Shown piece after piece: positions 38,158-45,546 of a stretch of DNA of 64,000 nucleotides. The stretch covers positions 13,660 through 77,659 of the forward strand of contig CAKVHV010000004.1 in the NCBI GenBank assembly GCA_934754475.1, written 5' to 3'. The notes below the pieces were generated by a model. The model was not told the origin of the DNA and ran no database searches. It worked only from the letters and a program-made list of their open reading frames with translations. Each line of letters begins with the position of its first letter. Position 1 is the first letter of the stretch. This DNA comes from an uncultured Clostridia bacterium (lineage in GTDB: Bacteria; Bacillota; Clostridia; Christensenellales; UBA1242). A program made the translations under genes and the position numbers.

Positions 38158-38212
38158 AAATTTGACACAAAGTAATTTTATAAATTCTATTTTAATATTG
38201 TTTAGGAAACAC

Positions 38213-38247
38213 AAAAAAACTTTACCAAGCTTGGTAAAGTTTTTTTA
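38213..38247. terminator. Terminator after the coupling-protein gene
   Basis: Perfect palindrome ctttaccaagcttggtaaag flanked by an A7 run and a T7 run. Confidence 0.8.
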
Positions 38248-38318
38248 ACGCCAATGTTTTATTAATATAACATACTAAAGTATCGAGTGAGTGTTTATTT
38301 GTAACATTACTAACTAAA

Positions 38319-38408
38319 GTATCGGTTGAGTACTCGAAAAAATTTTTGCTAAGGCTTCGGCTTCGCCTGCAGAAATCGCAAAAATCTTTTTCTGTGTCTT
38401 CCCGATAC
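38319..38408 (+). repeat. Structured repeat element, copy 1
   Basis: Outer stem gtatcgg / ccgatac. Conserved internal blocks GAGTACTCG and CTGTGTCTTCCC. A 14-bp A/U-rich inner stem (38336-38349 / 38378-38392, one bulged C). UUCG-capped tip. Confidence 0.55.
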
Positions 38409-38792
38409 GGATATTATTGGGAGTTGTTGGTAAGCAGTCCAAAGAAATATTTGCCAGCAACTAATGAAGATTTTGTATCACATATATAATATTATCGGAA
38501 GTTGAGAGTAGCACAAATGTTTACATTTGTATTACCGAAACGACGACGAATTCAATCTATGTAACCACGATATAATCGTGGGCTTTGCGATAGCAAATTG
38601 TTTTGTGAATACAATGAACAAAGCAACATTACATAGATTATATTAGTTTTATTAGTAAAATAAGAAAATTCAAATAATAGCACTTTGTCTAACAAATTAG
38701 CAAGTCAAAAACTTGTAATTATGTAATCGTATCATTATCATAACTTTTAAATAAAAAATTTCAAAAACAAACTCAAAGTCTATTTGGTGGTT

Positions 38793-38875
38793 TGCGGGGA
38801 AGACGCAGGGGAAAATTTGAGAACTCTGCGTCAGCACAGTGGGGCAAATTTTTCACGAGTACTCCACCCGCATAC
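38793..38875 (-). repeat. Structured repeat element, copy 2 (inverted relative to copy 1)
   Basis: The reverse complement aligns with copy 1: gcggg / cccgc outer stem (compensatory relative to atcgg / ccgat), and GGAGTACTCG, GAAAAATTTG / CAAATTTTC and CTGCGTCTTCCCC blocks. Enclosed by the 13-bp stem 38759-38771 / 38885-38897, with a T-run after it on the minus strand. Confidence 0.55.
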
Positions 38876-38939
38876 ATAAGCCAATTTGTTTTTGAAATAA
38901 AATTCTTACAATATAACTTGTAACTTGCAAATCTAATTT

Positions 38940-40103
38940 TTAAATCACGCGGGTTTCGTTAACACCTACTGCGAAACCGCATGGACTAGCACATTTGTAG
39001 CCCGGGAACGTACACCTACTGCCTTTGAGATAATTCCTTAGTTCTTCGGCACGTGGATGAACTTTGACACGCAAAGCATTCTCGTATTTTTTGAGCGTCT
39101 CACTTGTAATTTGATTAATCTCTAGTTGTGCAAAAGTACATTTTCTCTCATACATTTTAAGTACGAAATTATCTAGTGTACCCATTTCGGTTACGTCTAG
39201 TAATGTCGCTTGTGGATAGATATTTCCCAAAGATTTGATGTCGTCTATCCAAAGTCTAGTCAAATCTTCGTTGTCTCTAATGATTGGCGGAACGTAGTAT
39301 TCGTCGGTTAGGTTCATTGTGTAGTTTAGAGTACGATGTCTTTGTGCTTGGGCTAGTTCGGCAAAACTCGCTTTGTAAGTCGTACAATACACATCGCCAA
39401 AGTATTCTTCATAAGCCTTGTCGTCAGCAAAAAGACTCAAGTGCCTATTTTTGTCGTTTACACAAAGCATAGTATCGTAATATCTTGTCTCTTTGAATTT
39501 GGTTATAAGTTCGCTCAGTGCGGATGCTACTTTGGTTTCAAAGTCGGACTTGTTTTCTTTGTCAACAAAGTTTTGCATAAAGGCTATTAGGTAGTTAAAT
39601 TGTCTATAAGTGGTTGAATACACCATTGAAGTCGGAGTGAATACCGACAATACGTATCTAGCATTTTCTTGAGCTAATTTTTCTATTCGGCTTGGGGTCA
39701 AAAATTGTGGATAGTCGTTGTTATATTTCTTTTGGATACGGGTTTTGAAAATATCTATCCATTTTTGATAAATCGCCTTTTCTTTTTCTGACATAACCAT
39801 TTTTGTATATCTTGCGGACTTTTCGCTAGTTGTATACTGGTGTTCGTTGTTTAGAATCATGGCGACTATTTTTGGAACATCGCTTAGATACATCGAAATC
39901 ATTTCGTGGTCATAGACACTATGGTGACCATTTGATTTGGTCATCATTACACGTTTGGCAGTTTTTGATTTGTCTTCGCTTACCAAATCGTCAAAGGTAG
40001 ATGCCATGTAGCACACCCCTGCCGACTTCCCGCTAAAGTCGTCAAATTCTGATTTGTCAGCATTATATCCAACACAAGTTGTTGCAATAACTTTTAAATC
40101 CAT
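38940..40103 (-). CDS. thyX: FAD-dependent thymidylate synthase, atypical internally duplicated form
   Basis: 387 aa. Two ThyX-like halves. Half 1 has GHHSVYDH and NEH-QY-T-TSEK-S-A-RY (ThyX motif spacing, but RHR replaced). Half 2 has QRHR and TFAQLEIN. Sits 11 nt downstream of tmk. Confidence 0.7.
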   Translation of the reverse strand: MDLKVIATTCVGYNADKSEFDDFSGKSAGVCYMASTFDDLVSEDKSKTAKRVMMTKSNGHHSVYDHEMISMYLSDVPKIVAMILNNEHQYTTSEKSARYTKMVMSEKEKAIYQKWIDIFKTRIQKKYNNDYPQFLTPSRIEKLAQENARYVLSVFTPTSMVYSTTYRQFNYLIAFMQNFVDKENKSDFETKVASALSELITKFKETRYYDTMLCVNDKNRHLSLFADDKAYEEYFGDVYCTTYKASFAELAQAQRHRTLNYTMNLTDEYYVPPIIRDNEDLTRLWIDDIKSLGNIYPQATLLDVTEMGTLDNFVLKMYERKCTFAQLEINQITSETLKKYENALRVKVHPRAEELRNYLKGSRCTFPGYKCASPCGFAVGVNETRVI

Positions 40104-40114
40104 AATTTATCCTT

Positions 40115-40804
40115 TTAATTATTATTTTCATAATTATTTATATCTTGTCTAACCGAATTATACACGTCGTTTGCAATATCTTCGATGCTACGAAGATTGC
40201 CACCTTCCACACAAGAAATTCTTGTCCAGCCATATTTTTGGCACATATACTTTCCCGAATTATATGCGTGAAGCAAGTGGTCGGGATTTTGTTCGTGAAT
40301 ATCTTTTTGGGTGTTAGCCTTAAGCCCAACTCTTTCGTGTGCAAGTCTCATACTAACTTCGACTGGAACATCTAGGAAAATAACTTTGTTTGGACGTGGG
40401 AGTTTGAGAGTATCGTACTCCAAGTTTTCTAACCAATCGCAATATTTGTCTACTTGGGACAAATCTCTTATCTTTCCCGCTTGATGAAGCATATTTGATG
40501 TTACATATCTATCAAAAACTATTATTCCGCCCGACTGATAAAAATCTTTTAAATCTTTTTGATAAGTGCAAAGTCTATCGGTGGCAAAAAGCACTCCAGC
40601 CTGATAAGCATCCAAGGAATTATCGTCATTTCCAAACTCACCACCCAAGTACATTTTGACAGGTTCGCTACTTGGACTTGAGTAATTTGGAAAACTCTGT
40701 CTACGCACTCTATGTCCATCACCAACTAGTCTTTCAATTAGTCTTTCGGTCTGAGTTTGTTTTCCGCACCCGTCCGTTCCTTCAATTACAATTATATAGC
40801 CCAT
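40115..40804 (-). CDS. tmk: dTMP (thymidylate) kinase
   Basis: 229 aa. P-loop IVIEGTDGCGKQTQ and DRY-type motif (FDRYVTS). Confidence 0.9.
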   Translation of the reverse strand: MGYIIVIEGTDGCGKQTQTERLIERLVGDGHRVRRQSFPNYSSPSSEPVKMYLGGEFGNDDNSLDAYQAGVLFATDRLCTYQKDLKDFYQSGGIIVFDRYVTSNMLHQAGKIRDLSQVDKYCDWLENLEYDTLKLPRPNKVIFLDVPVEVSMRLAHERVGLKANTQKDIHEQNPDHLLHAYNSGKYMCQKYGWTRISCVEGGNLRSIEDIANDVYNSVRQDINNYENNN

Positions 40805-40909
40805 TACGAATCTCCTAATATTTTGATTAGTATATCACAACTATGTTTTTTATCAAAGCAAAAGCCTACAAAAAAATGAAGTGAACTAACAAGTCCACTT
40901 CAATAAATA

Positions 40910-43642
40910 TTAATTTTGGCTATCTACTTCGTTCTGTTCTTCTGCTACAAAATTTTGTATCTTTTTTTGTTTGTTTTTCTTAATTAAATACTCGATGAAT
41001 TTTTGGAGTTCAACAAGTGGAATTATTGCAAAAGCACAGCCGATTGCGATAAATAATTCGCTTACACTTAGCATTGTTGTTCCAAAGAAGGTTTGAACTG
41101 CTGGAATAAATGTTAGAGCTGTTAGACCAGCACCCAATACAAATGAAAGATTTAACATTCTATTTTTGAATGGATTGGAAGTAAACAACGAATGTGTAAG
41201 TGACCTACTATTATAACTATGGAATAGTTGGATTAGACAAAGAGTTACAAATGCCATAGTCATAGCAACTTGGTGATTAACAATTCCGTCACTCAAAACA
41301 TATCCACCGATACAGAACGATAGCATTGTAAGTGCGGTTTGGATAAAGCCTTGAATTAAAATATTCTTTCCGGTATGCCCTGCAAATAGTGATGCATTCG
41401 CCTTTCTTGGTGGCTGATTCATTATGTCTTTTTCGACACGTTCACAGCCGAGTGCAAGTGCCGGGAAGGAGTCGGTTACTAGATTTACCCAAAGTATCAT
41501 AACCGCACTCAAAAATTCTACTTTTAAGAATATTGTTGTAATAAACAAACACAAAACTTCGGCGATATTTGCACTCAACAAATATTGAACCGCTTTTTTG
41601 ATATTAGAATAAACCTTTCTGCCTTCTTCAACCGCCGCAATAATGGTTGCAAAGTTGTCGTCAGCAAGAACTATATCCGCAGCACCCTTGCTAACGTCAG
41701 TGCCCGTTATACCCATGCCTATTCCAATATCTGCAGTCTTAATAGATGGAGCATCGTTTACACCATCGCCTGTCATTGCAACAATTATATTGAATGTCTT
41801 GTAAGCATTGACAATTCTAACTTTGTTTTCGGGACTAACTCTTGCAAATACTTTGTATTTTTTCAAGTCTCTTAGGAATTCTTCGTCGGTGAGTTTGTCT
41901 AGTTCAGCACCAGTTATTGCCTTGTCACCCTTTCTATAAATTCCAATTTGAGTTGCAATCGCAACCGCAGTATCCAAGTGGTCACCAGTAATCATAATGG
42001 CTGTCATGCCCGCTTTTCTACAAGTTGCAACCGCACCTTCTACTTCCTTTCGTGGTGGGTCTATCATTCCAACAAGCCCTACAAAGATTAAATCTTCTTC
42101 GAGTTTGTCGTGGTCATTTAGATGAGTTGATTTGTATGCCAAGCCTAACACTCTTAGTGCGTTTGAACCCATTTCCTTGTTGGCTTTCTTGAGTTCTAAC
42201 TTGTCTTCTTCGGTTATATTCCTAACCTTATCTAAAACCAAAATTTTTGTACATCGTTGCAAAAGCATATCAAAAGCACCTTTGGTGTAAGATACTTTTT
42301 CGTCATCTTTGTTTAGATGCACAGTGGTCATTAGTTTTCGTTTGCTATCAAAAGGAATTTCGTCAATTCTTTCGTCATAACTTTTGAGTTCTTTGACATT
42401 AATGCCAATTTTTTTGGCATATGCTACAAGTGCTGTTTCTGTTGGGTCACCAACAAGTTCTTCGTCCATTTTTTCTTCGGTGTCATTACAAAGAACCATG
42501 CCTTGAATTAACATGTTTACACTATTATCTAGTACTTTTTCTTCTTTGTAGAATAGTCCCATGGATGAAGTATAAAATTCTTTGACTGTCATTTTGTTAA
42601 GAGTTAGAGTTCCGGTTTTGTCCGAACAAATAACTTCACAACATCCCAAAGTTTCAACTGCTGGAAGGTTTTTGACAATTGCCTTTCTTTCGCTCATTCG
42701 TTTAACACCAATTGCAAGTACAATAGTTACAACTGCTGGAAGCCCTTCAGGGATGGCAGCAACTGCAATTGCAACGGCTGTCATAAATGAACTAATAATT
42801 GAATCAACAACATTGTTACTTGTGCTTAGTGAATTAATAATTCCCGCTACAAATATTACAAGGGCAATTCCAAGAACAATTATAGATAGTAGTTTGGCTG
42901 TTTTGGCAAGTTGTTTTTGAAGTGGTGTATCGCTCTTTTCTTGAGTATTTAACATTCCGGCGATTTTGCCAACTTCGGTTTTCATGCCGGTGTTTACAAC
43001 AATTCCCATTCCCCTGCCATAAGTTACAACACCAGTACTATAAGCCATATTTTTTCTATCGCCCAAAGGTGTCGCATCGTCTAGTTGAACTGAGCAGTCT
43101 TTTTCGCTAGGAACACTCTCTCCGGTCAAGGTTGACTCTTGGATTTTGAGTGATTTGGTTAGAATTAATCTTAGGTCGGCTGGCACAACATCGCCCGCTT
43201 CCAAAATAACTATATCGCCTATAACTATATCTTCACATTTTATTTTTGTAATTTCGCCATTTCTCAAAACCTTGGCATTAGGTTTGTTCATTTTGGTCAG
43301 TTCTTTCATCGCCTGGTCGGCTTTGCTTTCTTGAACAGTTCCAATTACTGCATTGACAATTACAATCAAAAGAATTATTCCACTATCAATAAGTTCGGTG
43401 TAGTTCTTTTCTACAATAGCAATAACCGCCGAAATAAGTGCAGCAAATAGCAAGACTATTATCATCAAATCTTTCATTTGAGCAAAGAATCTTTGAAACC
43501 AAGATTTCGACTTGCCTTCTTCCAAAGCATTTTTGCCATATCTTGAAAGTCTCGCTTCGGCTTCGTCTTGACTAAGACCTTTCTCGCTTGAATTTAATTT
43601 TTGATATGTCTCTTCTACGGATAAATTATGATATTCTTTCAT
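40910..43642 (-). CDS. P2-type (Ca2+-type) cation-transporting ATPase
   Basis: 910 aa. TGES, DKTGTLT, MITGDH, TGDGVNDAP; 10-TM layout typical of SERCA/PMCA-like bacterial pumps. Confidence 0.88.
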   Translation of the reverse strand: MKEYHNLSVEETYQKLNSSEKGLSQDEAEARLSRYGKNALEEGKSKSWFQRFFAQMKDLMIIVLLFAALISAVIAIVEKNYTELIDSGIILLIVIVNAVIGTVQESKADQAMKELTKMNKPNAKVLRNGEITKIKCEDIVIGDIVILEAGDVVPADLRLILTKSLKIQESTLTGESVPSEKDCSVQLDDATPLGDRKNMAYSTGVVTYGRGMGIVVNTGMKTEVGKIAGMLNTQEKSDTPLQKQLAKTAKLLSIIVLGIALVIFVAGIINSLSTSNNVVDSIISSFMTAVAIAVAAIPEGLPAVVTIVLAIGVKRMSERKAIVKNLPAVETLGCCEVICSDKTGTLTLNKMTVKEFYTSSMGLFYKEEKVLDNSVNMLIQGMVLCNDTEEKMDEELVGDPTETALVAYAKKIGINVKELKSYDERIDEIPFDSKRKLMTTVHLNKDDEKVSYTKGAFDMLLQRCTKILVLDKVRNITEEDKLELKKANKEMGSNALRVLGLAYKSTHLNDHDKLEEDLIFVGLVGMIDPPRKEVEGAVATCRKAGMTAIMITGDHLDTAVAIATQIGIYRKGDKAITGAELDKLTDEEFLRDLKKYKVFARVSPENKVRIVNAYKTFNIIVAMTGDGVNDAPSIKTADIGIGMGITGTDVSKGAADIVLADDNFATIIAAVEEGRKVYSNIKKAVQYLLSANIAEVLCLFITTIFLKVEFLSAVMILWVNLVTDSFPALALGCERVEKDIMNQPPRKANASLFAGHTGKNILIQGFIQTALTMLSFCIGGYVLSDGIVNHQVAMTMAFVTLCLIQLFHSYNSRSLTHSLFTSNPFKNRMLNLSFVLGAGLTALTFIPAVQTFFGTTMLSVSELFIAIGCAFAIIPLVELQKFIEYLIKKNKQKKIQNFVAEEQNEVDSQN

Positions 43643-43901
43643 GAAAACTCCATGTGTAAAATTTTTACTTTTTCATTTTAACAAAAAAAAATACATTTGT
43701 GAAATAAAACAAAGTATGTTTATGTGTACATTTGTAAATTTGATAACTTTTAAATTAAGTATATTTTAAATTTCTATTAAAACAGTAATTTTAAATGTGC
43801 CGAACATAAGTTAATACTAAGTCAACTATCCAACATACATTTTTGAATATTCAACATCAAAATTATATGACAAATTTATTATATTTTGTTAAAATAAAAG
43901 T

Positions 43902-44585
43902 ATGAAAATATCTGGATTTCAAAAATTATCTTTGGTTGATTATGACGGGCATATAACTGCTACAATTTTTGTTAGCGGTTGTAATTTTGCATGCCCATTT
44001 TGTCATAACGCAGGGCTTGTCAAAAATCTTGAACCCGAAATAAATAGTGAAGATGTGCTTGGTTATTTACAAAAAAGATTTGGACTAATTGACGGGGTAT
44101 GTATAAGTGGTGGCGAACCTACTTTGTACAAAGATTTGCCCGACTTTATCAAAACTATAAAAAATATAGGCTACTCAGTCAAACTCGACACAAACGGGAC
44201 AAATCCAGAAACAATTAAATTCTTGGTTGAAAACAAACTTATTGACTATATTGCTATGGATATCAAAAACTCCCTACCCGATTACATCAGAACAATTGGC
44301 AAAGATTATGATATGAATAGAATTACTGAAAGTATTGAGTATATTATGAACTGCGGGATTGATTATGAATTTAGAACCACACTTGTAAATGAACTGCACT
44401 CTTTTGACGACATCAAACAAATAGCAAAATTAATATGTGGTGCAAAAAAATATTGTTTGCAAAAATTCATTGACTCTGGGAATTGTTTGTCTAGTGGACT
44501 AACAGAAGTTCCAAAGTCAAAAGCAATAGAATATCAAGAATATCTCAAAAAATATATTCCTAACACTTTGCTTAGGGGTTACTAA
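43902..44585 (+). CDS. nrdG: Anaerobic ribonucleoside-triphosphate reductase activating protein (radical SAM)
   Basis: 227 aa. CNFACPFCHN cluster motif and GGEPT. Located next to nrdD. Confidence 0.85.
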   Translation: MKISGFQKLSLVDYDGHITATIFVSGCNFACPFCHNAGLVKNLEPEINSEDVLGYLQKRFGLIDGVCISGGEPTLYKDLPDFIKTIKNIGYSVKLDTNGTNPETIKFLVENKLIDYIAMDIKNSLPDYIRTIGKDYDMNRITESIEYIMNCGIDYEFRTTLVNELHSFDDIKQIAKLICGAKKYCLQKFIDSGNCLSSGLTEVPKSKAIEYQEYLKKYIPNTLLRGY

Positions 44586-44636
44586 AAAAACATTATGCTT
44601 TTAACATAAATTGTTAGAAAACATAATGTTTTTTCT

Positions 44637-45545
44637 TTATTTAATTGAATACAAATAATTACAAGCCTGTGTTGCGGAGATTGCTCCGTCGCACATTGCT
44701 GTTGTTACTTGTCTAACCGACTTCTTTCGAGTGTCGCCCGCTACAAACAGACCTTCGGTTTTGGTCTTTGTAGTCTCATCTGAGTCAAAGTAGCCAAATT
44801 CATCCAAATCCGCCAAATTTTCAAATTTCTTGTTATCTGGAATTTGACCGATTGCAACAAACAAAGGTGTTCCACTTATTTCAAACTGAGTTTTGTCAGA
44901 CTTTTCAAACACTATTGACTCAAGGTCGCTATCGCCTTTGAGTGCAATTGTTTTTGAGTTTCTGATTATATTTATATTTGATTTGTTTTCAACCAACTTT
45001 ACAAGTGCTTGGTCACCAAAGAATTTGTCAAACATAATAACTAAATTAACCTTGGAACATATGTCGCTTAGCATCAAAGCATATTGCAAAGCGGTGTTCC
45101 CGTCACCTACTAGAGTAACTTCTTTGTCTTTGTAAAATGGACCATCACAGATTGCACAATAATAAACTCCATGACCTATTAATTTGTCTTCGTTTGGCAA
45201 TTTGAGTTTGCGGTGTTTGACACCATTAGCGATTATAACCGAATATCCTTGATACTCGCCAAATTCACCAGTAAGTGTAAATACGTTGTCTTGTTTTTCG
45301 ATTTTGGAGATATTATCAAACTCAAAATCTACACCAAGTTCGCTTATTTGGTCAAACAACTCTTCGCTTAGTTTCTCACCCGAAACTTGTTTTTTGGTTG
45401 GATAGTTTTCAACTTTTGGGGATTGTGCTATTTGACCGCCGATGCTTGAATTTTCGATAAGCAAAGTTGTTTTGTTATTTCGCAAAGCGTACAGGCAGGC
45501 TGTCATGCCTGCCATTCCGCCACCAATTACTATTATGTCGTACAT
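44637..45545 (-). CDS. trxB: Thioredoxin-disulfide reductase-type flavoprotein
   Basis: 302 aa. FAD motif GGGMAG and redox CAICDG. The start codon lies 1 nt after the nrdD stop. Confidence 0.85.
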   Translation of the reverse strand: MYDIIVIGGGMAGMTACLYALRNNKTTLLIENSSIGGQIAQSPKVENYPTKKQVSGEKLSEELFDQISELGVDFEFDNISKIEKQDNVFTLTGEFGEYQGYSVIIANGVKHRKLKLPNEDKLIGHGVYYCAICDGPFYKDKEVTLVGDGNTALQYALMLSDICSKVNLVIMFDKFFGDQALVKLVENKSNINIIRNSKTIALKGDSDLESIVFEKSDKTQFEISGTPLFVAIGQIPDNKKFENLADLDEFGYFDSDETTKTKTEGLFVAGDTRKKSVRQVTTAMCDGAISATQACNYLYSIK

Positions 45546-45546
45546 T

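Larger units (their letters stand above)
38262..38900. ncRNA. Candidate large structured noncoding element; class unknown, could instead be a repeat/MITE-like or DNA-level element
   Basis: About 780 nt between convergent genes with no ORF above 25 codons and no RBS-preceded ORF. Contains two inverted ~85-90-nt hairpin elements, a 10-bp helix with two G-U pairs readable only on the plus strand (38423-38432 / 38452-38461), a C(UUCG)G hairpin at 38354-38361, and several further hairpins. Confidence 0.35.

Noticed and set aside
38250-38900. Known housekeeping RNAs (RNase P RNA, tmRNA, SRP RNA, 6S RNA) or a group II intron in the long intergenic region
   Set aside because: None of the hallmark strings I know is present on either strand: GAGGAAAGTCC for RNase P, the tRNA-like GGGG...TCCACCA ends of tmRNA, the SRP GGAA-capped helix 8 motifs, or the GTGYG/AY intron ends with an RT ORF.
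43643-43901. Riboswitch or NrdR boxes in the divergent region upstream of nrdG
   Set aside because: Only AT-rich sequence with a loosely repeated TACATTTGTRAA is present. There is no convincing 16-bp NrdR-type palindrome pair or conserved riboswitch core.
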